Shown: one piece after another, positions 1 to 35,794 of the stretch
Position numbering within the stretch: the stretch's first letter is position 1
How the letters are laid out: every line of letters starts with the position of its first letter
NCBI GenBank assembly: GCA_002269645.1
Contig: NIVC01001122.1
Coordinates: forward strand, 248,001 to 312,000
From: Macrostomum lignano
Lineage: Eukaryota
Length of the DNA: 64,000 bases
Reading direction: 5' to 3'
Made by a program: the position numbers and the translations under genes
The notes under the pieces: generated by a model
Databases searched by the model: none
What the model was told of the DNA's origin: nothing
What the model saw: only the letters and a program-made list of their open reading frames with translations

Positions 1-40
1 CTATCATGTACCGATTATTTTTAGAATCCGTCTTGTCAGC

Positions 41-433
41 ACTCATTTTATAAAGCGCCGCAGGCATTCATTTTAGCGCCGCAGGCACGCATTTTAGCGC
101 CGCAGCCACTCATTTAAGCGCTGCAGGCACTCATTTTGGCGCTGCAGGCACTCATTTAAGCGCTGCAGGCACTCATTTTGGCGCTGCAGGCACTCATTTT
201 GGCGCTGCAGGCACTCATTTTATAAAGCGCCGCAGGCATTCATTTTAGCGCCGCAGGCACTCATTTTAGCGCTGCAGGCACTCATTTAAGCGCTGCAGGC
301 ACTCATTTTGGCGCTGCAGGCACTCATTTAAGCGCTGCAGGCACTCATTTTGGCGCTGCAGGCACTCATTTTATAAAGCGCCGCAGGCATTCATTTTAGC
401 GCCGCAGGCACTCATTTTGGCGCTGCAGGCACT
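41..433. repeat. ~20-nt minisatellite (GCGCTGCAGGCACTCATTTT)
   Basis: Directly visible tandem array. Confidence 0.9.
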
Positions 434-2231
434 ATGTTTTGTCGCCCTGTAGCAAAATGCATTCATGCAAAGCAGCAAAAACCAAAATAAGCAAGAAGTC
501 TACATTTTACATCCAAATGTGGAGGGGCCAGATACCATTACTGCCCCCCCATTTTAAAAAGTGGGGGCCCCATGGCCCCACTGTCCCTTCGTTCCTACGC
601 CTATGTATGACGATATAATTTTGGTTGCCATAGCAACCAAACTTTAGATTTTTTCGATTTTTTCGCGCCGTCAGGTGACTTACGCGCACATCAAAGCTCC
701 ACGGTAAAATGGTTTACTGCAGGTCCAACTCTATGGGTTCTCAAGGCCTTTTGAACCTGACTTGATCACCTATAGGAGTTACGGCCGAGTCTCTGCTTAT
801 AAATGTATATGTACATCTTACCATGCAGCAATTACTTATACGATTCCAACTCTCAGCTCTTAAAATATTTAAGCACATTAATAGAGCTTAACCGAGGTTA
901 ACCGAGCTTACCGAGAGCAAAGGAATGTTGCTCGGAATTTTAGTTGAAGTTTATTCATAAAGAAGCGGTGTTTTTCTTCTCTCCCCTGCCACTGTTGAGT
1001 TGTTTGTTAGCGCAGTTAGCAACGGCAAGGGTTTTAAGCAACCATGGTCTGCAGTGTATGGTACAGGTGGGCTTACCCTCAACCCCTGAGAGCTCGCCAG
1101 TTTCTGGCGCGTACGCCGTGCTTGTCAAACCTGTTGAGTCGGTTTACGTCGCCTGTCAGCCGCACCGGCTTGCTTGGCTGCTATACTATAATCATTTGTT
1201 ACCTCGCACCAAATTTTCTCGAACCGTTTCGTTTGATTGTCTTCTGCAGTAACTTGAATAATAGAGAGGCCAGTAGGGCTCTTTAACCCTCAAATATAAT
1301 TTCAGTTTATTATCTCTGACCCCAGATGAGCTGCTTTCTGCTGATTTTCTATTTCTGTGAGGGCTTACCGCTCTTACTTTGTTTCTTTTTGGCCGGTTGC
1401 CATTATTAACTGTGCGTCCTCTCAGAGAGGTTTTATGTGCTGACCTGGCTAGGTGCTCTTTGAATTAATCTTTCACTGGTAAGATTGATCAACTCGTATA
1501 TTAGAGGAACTTCAATAAAAATGTATCACAAATGTAGTTACGGTAACTAATTTACAGGTAGATGTACATCGATCTACGTACCATGCATGTACTTTACTTT
1601 AATTTGAAGGCATCGATTGGGGTTAAGAGACGAAGAAAGCGAAAAACAACATTTTTATGAAAAAAATAATAGAAAATATCATTGTGTTGAGGATGGATTT
1701 TCCTGTACCCCTTACTTGATAGGACTTATGCAAACTCCACTAATCTTGCAGTAAGAGTGCCTAAACAATGATACGAGCAGACACGCAAAGTTTTAAATAT
1801 TAGAGATAAAAGTTACTGCGCGAGGTAATGCAAACAAATTATTTGTATATAAGATATTTAGGTCCTATAAGTAGCAACTTCTAAATTATTATGTTTGCTT
1901 TAATAGAAGACTGCTTTTGATTTGTTAAACCGGAGTCTAATAATTTTAGGCGCGATTTTACATTCTAGCTAAAAATATTTTTTATCGATATAATTATAAT
2001 TCATCCATTCCTATTCTCATTCCTCAGGATCTAAAATTTCCCCCGATAATCTTTGACTAAAACCTTTCTTGCGGCGTCCGTAAAAAATTTGAAAAGAATG
2101 GCTTTGTTGTCCTATGTTATTTTTTAATGTAAAGTAATTCAGGGCATCTGTCTAGGCCTAGTCTTGAGTTTTTTTACACTGAGTGTGACTTTGTGAATAA
2201 ATAGCTATCTTACATAGATAAAGTCTTAAAG

Positions 2232-23029
<20,798 letters not shown>

Positions 23030-23471
23030 GAATTGCATATTCTTCACGCTAAGTGTACATGGCCATATTAATTAATCAGTCTACTTCAAGGGAACTGACA
23101 CTGTGCAATACGAGTAAATTGTTAAATATTTTATAAACATTTTGTCACAGTTTTTTTTCTACTGATCAGACATAAATTTCATTACTGATTTTTAGTCTGT
23201 ATTATTATTATTATATAATTTTGCGTTTTTTTTTCTTTTAAGTCTCAAATTCTGTTTTGAAATTTGATCGAACGGGTCACACGTGTATCATTGAGCTTTG
23301 ATCTTTGATTATTATTTTTTAATCCGATTGGATCCTAGTGTGTGCACAGAAACAAGCTGTAATATCTACGCTTATATGGAATGGTCATTCAGTGTACACA
23401 CTACTTCTTGGTGGGCTGCATAGATCCCACAAGTTGCCTAGTGAAATGAAAATTTGGCCAATCTATGAATA

Positions 23472-24365
23472 GTTGAGACTCGGCTATCTGCTGCATGCAG
23501 ACACAGGAGCACCAGAATTGCCCGGCGGGAAAAGCTCGTGGGCAATTCGTCTGCGGGCAATTCTCGTGGACCCCAGACACAGACATACTCGTAGACGGAG
23601 CGTCCATATGCATTGCCACTATAGACAGCCTGACACGCGAATTGAGAATGCGGAATTCAGCTCAGAATGCAGAAACCAGGAAGCAGAACAACGCAGCATG
23701 CAAATGTTCAGAATGGCTGCATCGCCAGCTAACGGCCCAGCCGGTGGAAGTTTTTCAGCTCCCATGCGGCCACGATTCTTTCGCCACCCTCTCCAATAAC
23801 ATAAACCTCCGCCGTTCCTCCTGTTTGATGCTGTCGGGGGCACCTGCTTCCTCTTCGACAACGTCGGGCTGCGTCAGGCGGCTTTTGATCGCTGCCTTCA
23901 GCAAAGAGTTGGCGAATTCCGCAGCGTTCGATCAGCAGAACTCACAGGGGGTGCCATCTCGTATGCAGAGAGTGGGGTTATGAGCGAGACGAAACAACAG
24001 AAAATGGCGTGATTCTCAATTCGCGTGTCCAATCATCTATATCGAAAAGTCGGCATCACAGAAGATTCCGTCTGTGGTCGCCACTTTCGAGAGTGCAGGT
24101 AAAGTCTCAGTCTTTGCGAGTGACGCAACTTAGCTACGCTGCGGCAGACTTGAGTTGAGGAATAAAGTGGGGGGGGCGTTGTGCGAGGGTTGGACGGATT
24201 AAAGCTACCTGGATCAGTTTTCTCGTACCTTTTATTTCAGAATAGTCCCAGAAAAATGCTCACTGGCGCATAGAGTGGCGACTTTTCAATGTTGCTGAGT
24301 ATATTTGCTTATCAAGCTGTCTGTCTATGTCTGTGTCTGCATGCAGCAGATAGCTGAGTATCAAC
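23472..24365. mobile_element. TIR-bounded non-autonomous element with a 67-bp nested insertion
   Basis: GTTGAGACTCGGCTATCTGCTGCATGCAGACACAG is inverted at 24331-24365 with 2 mismatches; insert 23507-23573 is flanked by a CAGACACAG duplication. Confidence 0.6.
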
Positions 24366-24481
24366 CAAAGAATACTGAACTAATATTAGCATTATAGCAT
24401 TATACGATACACCTTTTCACGTTCAATTTTGATCAAATTCCGGTTCTAAAAAACTAGCGGAAATTCAATTCAGACAATTTA

Positions 24482-27400
24482 GACTGGGGCCCAGGGTAAA
24501 TCTCAAACACAGAAGTAAAAAAATTGACAAAAAATAAAAGTTCAGTGGCATGGAAAATAATGCTTTACATCTAAAGATAAAAGAATAATATAATAATTTT
24601 TCTACTTAAAACCACAAGTAACCCTGAATTTCAAGAAAGAATGCTGTTTGTTTTTTCGAAGGGTATTTTGACAACGATTAATACCGAAGACAAACAGTTT
24701 GTTTATTTAACTCACAAAATTGTAATTTTTGTTTTGTTAGAGTTATCTTTCTACTGGTTAGTAGTATTCATTAAAATCTTTTTTGTTTTTGAGTAACATT
24801 TTGTTATAAATTGAAACTGTTTATGGTTACTAAATTTAACGTGCTATGAATCTGCCTGATTTATAAAATAAACGGAATACACGGTACTTAAACCATTTTT
24901 AATATATATCGAAAACACATACCGTTGACGGACTGATAACGGACGGAATTTATTATTGATGGCAAAGAAACGATTTCAACTGGGTTATTTATCTTTACTG
25001 AAATTTAATATGGCGATCGAAACCTGCAAATTGAAATTGCTAGAACTTGAAAATTCTTATAAATTTTCCTTTTGAACTTTTGATTAAGGTTCCCATCACC
25101 GATCAAATATATTGTCTGTAGAATTATTGTATATTCCCCATTTAATTTCTACTTTTAAATACGCAAGCAAAAACAGACCGAAACAGATACTTGAACTGCA
25201 CTGGACTTAGGAAGTGCAGACCATAAAAAATCAATGAAAAGCGTACAGCTACTGGCACTGGGAAAATGTAAAACAGTAAAAAACGAGCCAAAATGATGCT
25301 GGCAAAAAAAGAAAAAACAGAAAAACTTGCAGATTGGAAAATACTATGCAAAGCAGATATGGCACTGAAAACTATAGGAAAAATGGAAATGGCAAAGCAA
25401 TACTAAAGCAAAACTGGGAACTAAAACATATATATATATATATATATATGTTTTGTCCTGTCCCTTTTCGCGGCTCCTGTACGTGCCTCCCATCAGTAGT
25501 ATAAAGTAAAGTAACCACTTGACTACTCTATCCCCGTGGGAAAACCCAGAACCTTAAGTATCGACAGCTGGGTACAAAAAATTACAAGGGGCGTCTCAAA
25601 AGTTCGTGCAATCGATCCATTTCTACCACAGACATCGCTCTAGTCGCTGCAGCTGTTACCACAGCTGTCCTGCGACCAGCAGCAGTCGTTTCCTGCGCAC
25701 TTGAGCTATCTAGCTCGTATTTGCACCTTTCTCCTTTCTTAGCTCGCATTATTATAACCCCACCGCGATTGTCATCACCATTGCTTTCCCTCTTCGGCCG
25801 ACGTCGCGGTTTTGGGAGATGAACCGCAGGAAGAGCAGCGGTGGTAAATTAAATCTGAATGGCTGCGAGGAATGCCAGCTACACAAGTCACCTACAGCTT
25901 GTAGACGCGTACAGCAAGGATGAACTTTGCCAGCGCGATGTGTACAAGAGGTATGATCGCTTCAAGAGATGGCTGCACTTCGACTCTGAATGAGCCAAGA
26001 TCTGGGAGACCCCGGAAAGTGCGGACCGAGAGCAGCATCAAACTCATCCGTGGTCTGCTGGAAATCGATCCGCGATGGACATGCAAAGAAATGGCGGAAC
26101 TCAGTAAAGCTCCTTCATCCACCATCCACCAAACTCTCAAATGCATAGAGGACCTGTGGCTGCAGTACGTCACTGTTCGATGGGTGCCGCATCATCTCGA
26201 TGACAGTCAGGAAGCTGGCAACAAGTCATCGTTGCCCAACAACTTTCTCGACGCTATCGACGAGAAAGCAACGAGTTGTCAAAATTGGTTGTGTATATTG
26301 AATGACATTTAATTACAGCTCAGCTCAAAGAGCAGGTGCTGCAGCAGCTGAATTTTGAAGTCAATTTGTGTATCTCAGAAACCATATAAGAATGAGTTAT
26401 AATCATCTTCATGGTATCTGGTATCAATTTAAAGAAAATAAGTGTAGTAATTTTAAGAATGTCAACATTAAAAATTGCCAAAATTTACAAAAAGGCAGAT
26501 AGACTCTCACTTTCTATTTTTGCATGTAAACACCGAGATAGCAGAGTTCAATTGAAAATGACTAAATAGAATAATATATATGGCATTCAGATTGCAAGGT
26601 AAACATATACTGCTACATATAGAAATAAATACAAATAGAAGTAGATAGACTATGCTAGTGTTACTTGTAATGAACTTAATATACTCGTACAACGAATTAC
26701 GCTGCTCCTTCGGATCTAGCATTAGATATGCTTCTTAATTAAAAAGGCTTTCTAAGGGGTCATTAAATACAATTAAAATATACAATACCAGCATTCTTTT
26801 TACTTTGACCTAAGCATATGATCTATTTCTAAAGGTTCCTGCCGTACCTATTGTCCTTTGCTTATGCTAGCCAAAACAGCATTCAAATATGGTGATATTA
26901 GAGGAACATACTAAATAGATTGGCAGGAATAAATTAGAATTTTTCTGTGGATTACTGAGCGTTAGAGCTCAAGATATACTCATAAGATCAAAAGTGAATA
27001 TCATTAGAAGTGAATCATCACAGATTTTCACACAAACATAAACAAAACTGCTTACTTAAGTATGCTACTTGGCTATAAATGGTTAAAACCCAATATAATG
27101 AACTTAATAAGGTCTATACTTCTTTAGTAAAATCACAAGAACATGCAATGAAAAACTACTCTTTGTTTAGTATTTTTCTACATAATTAGAAGATTTAGGA
27201 ACATTTACATGCTTATGAGCTGAGTAAACTTACACCTTACAGGAAATTTTGTGCTTATGAAAAAAGTCTAAATGTAACATCAATAGGCATAAGTAAGTAA
27301 CAGTGCATTGACAGTCGCAGATAAAATGGAATAACAATATTTAAAATGTATCTGAAAGAATGAATCACTGAAGATCATAATGGTTGGCATTGTTTATCAG

Positions 27401-27826
27401 AAAACTTACACCTTACAGGAATTTTTTAACAGTAGACAAATATCATGCAATCGAGACAGGGCCAAATAAGTTCATAAATATTGAAAACACAGCGGTAAAA
27501 CATCCACAAGCTCACAGATGAAGGTTTTCCCCAATATTTTCTGTCATTTTCCCATAGACAAATATATTACACGTGCACAAAAAAACATTATGAAACAAAA
27601 AAACGTACTTAAGATACAAGTCAGAAAAATACGTTTTTGGTCGCTATCGCCACAAAAAAACATAAACTCTGACTAAAAGTTTAAAAAAATATTTTTTAAT
27701 CAGTTTTTTATGAACGAAAGTTAAATTCATGTACAATTGCTTCTAATTTAACAATGAAATTCCTGATGTAAGAAAAAATTTGTTTATAACATACGTACAT
27801 TTCAATCTGAGATTTACCCCCCAGTC
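24482..27826. mobile_element. Putative TA-flanked TIR element enclosing the mariner remnant
   Basis: TA|GACTGGGG(CCCA)GGGTAAATCTCA at the left and TGAGATTTACCCCCCAGTC|TA at the right. Confidence 0.4.
25585..26330 (+). mobile_element. Truncated mariner remnant (left TIR and HTH region)
   Basis: TA+CAAGGGGCGTCTCAAAAGTTC mariner-type end; peptide RSGRPRKV...DPRWT...TIHQ...VRWVPHHL. No catalytic domain or right TIR seen. Confidence 0.8.
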
Positions 27827-30800
27827 TAACCCCAGCTCAAAACATTCTAACGGAAGTAAGGTTTAGCCATAGACAAAATTATCCTCAGTCTGTATTAGCT
27901 AATGTACGAGTATCAACTAGCTTGGCCAAATTCTCTAGCATGTCAAAGGCAATACTTGAACACCGAGGGATACCTGATCGAGCCAGCAAGCAAGCTATTG
28001 TAATTGTCCTCGCCTTAGCAAGCGTGCTGTTGCTACGCGAGTTTAATTAAATCCAAACGAAGCTTCGATTCCCACATATTGCTATAAAGAACAGAATGCA
28101 TAATGAAATCAATGCCACGAATTTCTCTTTTTAGTTTGGTAAAATTATCGTGCTTTTTCCAAGTTTATGTGCGATTTTTTTCGTCCTGTCCTAACTCGAG
28201 ATATCAACGTTTGACGATCATTTGGCTTGCTAAACTCCGTTCATTTGATTTCGATTGAAACTGTTTTAAATTAGTAAGTATGGCCACAGTTAAAAGCACT
28301 TTTGCAATACCTAACGAATAAAAGCAGTAGTGCACCCGCACGTGAAAGTGACAATTATTAATGATTAACTTTAGTGTGCTTTGTACCTTCCAGTCAGCAT
28401 GCAGATTTTAAGCCCTTTGGTATACAAGCATAAATAGCTCCGTTTTTATTCTAGACATGGCCTAAATATTTTACTGCGCATATATAGCTCTAAGAACACA
28501 ATAATTGATTGGTCATTCGATAAGCGCAATATCGATATGCTAGTAAACTTTGTTATTTATTGCATCTCAAAATTATTCCTATATTTCACAAGCAATGCGT
28601 AGCAATCTGCTATTAGATTTTCTGTTTTAATGAACTTAAACATTACGATTTAGTGCAACAATTGTTTAATGTTTTATTCCAAGAATATAAATAGATCAGA
28701 AGTCATACTCGAGTATGTCTGAAATTGGTAATAGTCACTCGACCTTCAATCATTTAAAAAAAAATTATACGTTTTAGATCACATCACAACACAATCAATA
28801 GTTAATTAGTGCTGTTGTAATGCAGTTACACATTTACTCGTGCATGTAGACATGAATTCATCATTGTATTACCATGTCATGTACACACAGCGGCTATACC
28901 TATACTAATTGCAGTACAACGCATTGGATTTGCCTAGCGTATAGGGAGATAGGATCGGTTAAGTAGTTATCGAGTATAAGCTGTTAACCTTTGCAGCTTA
29001 TTAGTATAAGCTGCAATTATCGATGCAGTGTAAACAAAAATATTGATAAGTTTCATTTAAAATACTAATGCAAATTAACTACCAACAGAAAGAAGCAATT
29101 AGAAACTGCTTGTTTTTGCTTCATTGTATTTCTGCTCTAAAACATTGTGCATGCCATGCTGTAACAGGCCTTAGAATCTTTTTTCACGATCGGCTAGTGT
29201 TCCGTCCTTACAACAATCCAGGGGATCCTTCTTTGATTCCAAATTGCAGTTTTCAGAGATCAAATAAAGTTATACTCGTTGAACCTCTCTTCCTTACATT
29301 ACTTCTTCAAGTATCATTTTTTAAAAATTGAGCTAAAATTTTAAGTGAACAAGATACATTTCTACAAAAAGGCAACTATAACTTTATAGCTGTTTTAGAT
29401 GTTAGTTTTGTTTAAACTCTAATGATACAATCTGTTTTGATCAGTTGCGCTTAAATGTGTGTACTTTATGGTTAAGTTATGCTGTTGTTAACCGTCAAAT
29501 TTTCCGAGCCGTTGTGGAATTTCGATTTGTCCTAATCGTTTTTGTTAAATGGATAGTGTATGAAGTGTAGCCTAAAAAAGCAGAAATGTAGAAAAACATC
29601 TACTGATTACTTTTCAGGCCTATGGTTCTTTAATGGATGAGATTTGAACTCCAGTCGGTAAGATTAAGAATAGGCGATATGCCTACTGAATAGTGGATTA
29701 TATAGAGCCAAGCCCAAGGATTTAAAGGAAAACCAGCGGAATGGGGACTAATATTATGTATTTAATAGTCTTTTACAAGTGATAGGTACTGGTGAATAGT
29801 AATTATTTGTAATTTGTAATTATTCAATTTTTGTTTAAGTGTGCACCCAGCATGATCTAGATTATGGTGCATGCACCAAGACATCCTATGACTGACCAAA
29901 TATTGTGTATATTAGAATCTCTAAGTTAGCAAATAGTAACTTAAAATATACAATCTCATAATAGGCATTGTAGGCTCCTTTGCTTAAAAAACTTTTTTAT
30001 TATTTGACCAAATAGTACAAAAGACTTATCAAAATATTTAATTTTTTAAGTTTTAATTTTCTAGTAGAATAAATAATTTTTAACTCCAAATATCTCACTA
30101 AACTTGAAGTCCTACTGTCCTTATATTTAGTAATATATAGGCCTAGTATAAAGTTGCTTGATTTTAATGTATATCATAGAAACTATTTTATTTTTATCCT
30201 AATGAATTCTTTAAATTCATTTTAAAATATAATATACATAATATGTTTATCAATAAAAACTTTAAAAGTTTCACTTAAAGTCAAAACTAGCTTAAAGCAA
30301 ATTTGCCAAAAATAATTTAGATTTAATTCAAGTTTTTTAGTTACTTTGTGATTTTTTTTAATTTTTTTCTATTTAGTAAGTAAAATATTGTTAGATATAT
30401 CATAGGGGTATAGGACCAAGATTGCCACACAACAAGACCGCCACACTTGGAGGAGCTAAGGAAGAAAAATTTGGCTTGCCATGTTATTGGATAGTGCTGA
30501 GGTAAGGAAAGGTGAGATGGGAAGAGCCAGCAAGACAAGGTCACAAGAAAAAAACTGGTAAGCAGGCCAAGTGGGTAAGTGAGCTATGCAGGCTCCTCAT
30601 TTGTTTCATTCAATTTAAATTGTTAAAATTGCCCTAGTTGACTTGCAATTGTTTTGGTCCATTTATTTATCTTATTATTGACCAATCTTGGGACACTTCC
30701 TCTTTATTTAATTCCACAACCCATTATAACCAATAGCAATGCTAGAAGATTGGTAGCTCCCCTTCAATTCTATTAGGGCCTAGCCAGTAAGAGCTGTGGT

Positions 30801-31593
30801 AGTCTTGGTGTGTGGCGGTCTTGGTCATGCATTGTCATAGGGCTTACTTCTTATTCACACTCTGGATCATGTAGTATATGCCCAAAAATTGGGGTGTGCA
30901 TTGGTCTTGCACACCAAAATTAGGTGTGCACAGATGGCATACATCACTCTTAAGAAGATAGTATACATGTATACCTGGCATGCACTTTATACTCGTAGAA
31001 TCATGTGTAAAAGTTATTGTAAAATAGAAAAAAGATTAAAAAATTCATTTTTAAGTGCAAATTTCAACCTTTCTGGTTGTTTCAAGCTTGTAAAAGGGCA
31101 TTTAAACAAATCTTTTCGTGTATAAATTTTCCATTGCAAATAGTATCACCAAAAAAGCATAAAAAGCAACCAAATTATCAGGTAATAAAGGTCTATCACA
31201 AATTTAAAAAAGTATTTTATTGTCACAACATAAAAAAGGTCATTTATTGTTGCAACACTAGCATATTTTTGAGAATGGGCATGCATTTGTAATTATTCAA
31301 TTTTTGTTTGGGTGTGCACCTAGCATGATCTGGACTATGGTTTCTTCTTACTCTATATATTTCAATCCCACTGTTAAGCCACCAAGTTGTCATAGCAGTC
31401 CTGGTTCTCTCTTTATAAATCCTACTGCTATAACCAAAGTTTTCAAAAGGGTATTTCTGTCCTTCAATTATCCTACTAATTGCCACCAAAGTTGTTACAG
31501 GTTTTTAATTTCCCTCTTAAATTTCTATTGCTGACACTAAATTTTTGTCTTATGTTTCTAACTGTTTCTTAGAATCATATATTTCTGGGTAGC

Positions 31594-31700
31594 ATTCTTG
31601 TAGTGTTCTGGTAGCATTCTTAGTATATGGTCTGGTAGCGTTCTTAGTATATGGTCTGGTAGCATTCTTAATATATGGTCTGGTAGCATTCTTAGTATAT
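31594..31700. repeat. 24-nt short tandem array
   Basis: Unit TAGCATTCTTAGTATATGGTCTGG, about 4 copies. Confidence 0.8.
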
Positions 31701-33421
31701 GGCCTGAGCAGTCTTACTGGTATATGTACTTTCTCTCTCCAGTCTAGGCATTACCGAGATTAGAGGGTCATAGCGATTACTCTTAGTACTCTCTTTGCAT
31801 GAATCCCTGATTCCCAACTCTCAAGATTTCTTAGAATAAAATAAGCATTGATCTGAGAATAAGTATTGAACAAGCTGTAAACAATTTAATTCGTGAGAGC
31901 AAGTTGAATCTTTCTCCCTAAACTTTGCTCCTATTTATACTAACTAAAACAAGTATATTTTAACAAAAGACTATTATTTAAAAATATTTTGAAAAGTAAA
32001 ACAACATGCATTTTTCATGTGGAAGTTTGAATTAAAACTTTCTTAGAAACCCTATTACAGATATCAATATGACCTTATAAATGCACATGTAATAACAAAT
32101 TAGGCAATTGTTGCTATGTACATATTATATATATAGTTGAGTTTCTTGATACAATATACATCTTTATCCAGAATCTATCAGGGTCTTTTAGCTTGTGTGT
32201 TACATATATTTTGCTATATTTAAATTTGCACTTTTCATCATTTTGGGGCTAATATTCTAAGTATATACTTTTACTAAATATAGGCTATCAATGCAAAAAG
32301 CTTTTCTGTAAATAAAATTTAAATTAAAAATGACAAATTCTCAAAAAAGCACTATTTATCTATAAAAGTGTTTTTTAATCACTGGTTAAAAAAATATAAA
32401 AAGCTATCTTAAGTATAGGATACTATCTCCCACTAGCATATTATAGCATAAATATGATAAATAAAATAATTCTATATAACCTAAAATATTAGTAAGGCTT
32501 AATAAATTATTTAAATAAAATGTGAAAAACATTAAAAAATTACAAATTAGTCTATTAGCTTAACAAAATGTATAATGCTTATTTACTATGTTTAATAATG
32601 ATATTGTAAAGCATCTATACTTTATAGTTTAATTGTCTTTAACTAAAGCAAAATCAAACTAGGGTAAACAAAAATTACAAATGGCAAAAAGCATAGAAAC
32701 CTATATAATTATAGATTCTAGTTAGATTTCAAAAGTTTTTTTAAATGTTTTTTTCTATTTGATAAATCTTAGTTGCCTGACTAAAAGAGACCTTTTAAAA
32801 TTAGTAAAATGACAAAAAGTTATAACTTTTGTATCTTTAGTTTTCAATACTTTCATAATACATTTTACCTATTAGTCATTATGATCACTTTTGCCTAAAA
32901 AATGGATTTTTACAATCTTATATATTAAAAATAGTTTTGTCAATGTATATGCGATTAATTTAAAAAATGACAACTTTTTGAAAAGTTTAAAAAAAACTTT
33001 TACTTAATTTTCTGTGTAATATATAATTTTTTAGTTTATTTTTTATCTATTGCTGTAAATTTAATATAATTATTGTTTGGAGCAGAGGCAGATACAAGCA
33101 AGTGGTGATGCAACTGAGCATAGCAAGGCAGGCCCCAAAGCAATTATGGCCCGCATTCATACATGCCCAACCTCAAAATTTCACCCATCTAGTGCGACTT
33201 ATTCACATCATTCATTCACTTATTCACTTAGACGCATTGCAGACTACAGTACTAAACTGCACTGTAGCCTATACCCTGTAGGCTATACTCTACATACTGT
33301 ACTGTATGTCTGGCAAACTAACTTGTATGTGTACACTTGTGTACTCATATATATGTATATAGGTGTACATTCTTTGAGCCATTATATACTTCACTTAAAG
33401 ATAGACCTGCAACTGATTATT

Positions 33422-34732
33422 TGAGGGGCTAAGCAATAAGTTTCCAGATGTGCCCAGAAAGAAATAGTAAAAAAAACAGTTACATCTTTTCAAAGTTCTC
33501 CAGCAGATTTGATGCAAATTTTCATGCACTCAAACCACTTGCTGAAGCAGCTAGACCAATCTGAAGCAGGCACCTCCTCCACATGCCAGATATAAGCCTC
33601 CACTGCAGCTTCTGGCAATCCATAGCAGATTTCACGCATCCTGCACTTGAAACACAAAAAAGTTGCAGGGGGCCAGGTCGAGGCTGTAGGTTGGATGACT
33701 GAGCTCTTGAATGCGCTCTCCGGCCAGGAACTCTGCCACCTGTCGAGCCTTGTGGGCTGGGGCATTGTCGTGATGGAGAAGGATGCCCCAAGCTCGAGTC
33801 CTTGGGCGACGCCTGGAGAGAGCGCTCAGCACTTCTGGCAGGCAAACATTGGCATACTAGTCACTGGTGACTGTGCGCTGCTACACGAGTGGAACTGTGG
33901 CCAGATGACCAGTTTTCGCCACAAAACGGCCACCATCTGCTTCGCCACGCTGCACTCTCGCCAAAGCTTGGATGGTGGGCCGTGGGGTGCCGCCAACTGG
34001 AGTCCACTGGGCCGACTGCTGCTTAGTCTCCGGGTCAAAACTATAGATCCAGGACTCGTTACTGGTGATGATAACATCTGATGATATCCCAGACCGAGTT
34101 TGAGCTGCCTCCATTGAATCTGTCAAGCATGGTGCAGCACCAGGTCACCCGAGCCTCCTGCTCCGGAGTCAGCTTATGAGGCACCCAGTGTGCAGAAATC
34201 TTGCTCAGGTTGAGCTGTGAATGCAGGATCGTCCTGATGCATCCTGATGAGATACCCACCTCTGCCTCTATCTGGGCCACAGTCACTCAGGCATCATCCT
34301 CAACCATGGCCCGGACAGCAGCAACATTATTCTCAGTTGTTGCGGAGACAGACCGGCCGCTGCGCTCCTCATCATCCAGACTCTGCCTGCCGCATCGAAA
34401 TTCGGCAAACCAGTAAAAAAACTGTGGATCTAGAAGGTTCTTCATCCCCAAAAGCTCCTCGCAATCGCTCAAGACTTTCTTGCTGTCGCGAACCACTTTT
34501 AAAATCAGAATAAATCGTTGCTCTAAAATGACTCCTATTGAGCTCCATTGTGAATTTGATAGATAGGGTGGGTATGCTAGCTTTGTTTGGGTGCTGCACT
34601 GGCTATAAAGACCAGTGTGTTTGAAACTTTACAAACATTGTACTTATATAATGTACTTGACACCTATGGTGTCAGATTTTGTCAGCCGCCTCTCAACTAT
34701 GCACATCTAGAAACTTATTGCTGCAGCCCTCG
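33422..34732 (-). mobile_element. Degenerate full-length mariner (frameshifted transposase 34548-33490)
   Basis: About 28-bp imperfect TIRs (gaggggctaagcaataagtttccagat / atctagaaacttattgctgcagccctcg+TA); fragments in several frames: MELNRSHFR, WVPHKLT, ITSNESWIY, LHHDNAPAH, YSLDLAPCNF. Confidence 0.92.
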
Positions 34733-35479
34733 TATACTGAATCCTGCATGTGAATGGGATGAAAAAGGCCATGAAGACAATTCTATCAACCGGTGCCTCC
34801 TTTCTGCAGCTGAAGAGCGAGAGCCATTGCTCTTTACACGATGGAAACTTGGTCGTGTAACTCCTAGAGAAGTTAATGATTGTTCTGGTGCGAATTGGAT
34901 ATTAGAATAAAATTTACCAGCAACCTTAAATTCAGCCCGGGGATCAGGTGATGGTGCAGCTGCAGCACATTCAAAGGAACTAGAAGCACCACTACCACTA
35001 TCCCAATGTTCAGCAAGCTCACACAGAGAGGGACTGTTAATGGCAGTGCAAAATCCAGAGGTTGTTGCTTCTAATAGAGATCTATCTGTGCAGAATGCAA
35101 AAATTGAGATTTATGGTGCAGATGCAACAACCCGCGCATATTGCTCTTCTCAAATTATTTCAGCTGAAAGAGAAGCTGTTTTTGAAATGAATAAAGAAAC
35201 TAGACGTCTTGAGACAGAAATTGTACGATGGCACAATGCTCATGCTGAATCTATTGCTATATAATATTGCCCATCAACTGATGCTGATACTGAAGCGCGG
35301 ATCCAACGACCACATACAGTCATTCATTTGGACTCAGATTCGTAGACTGCGACTGATGACCAAAGAAGTAAGAGTCCTCCAAGAAAAAGATATATAGTTA
35401 TACAAACAGTTACAAATAGTTACCTAATGATATATTTCCGGATGCTTGAGAAGAGCAAACCAATAATGTACTTCTATAG

Positions 35480-35720
35480 ATTTAAGCAACTGTCAGTCAC
35501 AGAAACGAGACAAAGCATGATATGCTAAAAGATTTATATACTCAAGATAGTATTGTGACAGTGGTTTTGCAAGACTATGGGGCGTTACAACAAATAAAGC
35601 ATCTGTGATGACAGGAAGTCGAGTTGGACTTACAAGTTTGCTAAAACCATGGGCAAGAAACAATTTCTTCCAACAACATTGTGCTGCACACAAATTGGAG
35701 CCTTCTATGTATCACGCCTT
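35480..35720 (+). pseudogene. hAT-superfamily (ZNF862-like) transposase fragment
   Basis: TNKASVMTGSRVGLTSLLK...QHCAAHKLE resembles the hAT catalytic DGASVM and HCxAHxL motifs; stops nearby. Confidence 0.6.
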
Positions 35721-35794
35721 CGAATATTTGCCATATATACAACGCCTAGATATACTACTGCAACGCCTAGAGGACAGGCAAAAAAATCTCCCGA

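Noticed and set aside
23495-23983. 162-aa ORF inside the TIR element
   Set aside because: No recognisable domain, and it runs through a nested insertion.
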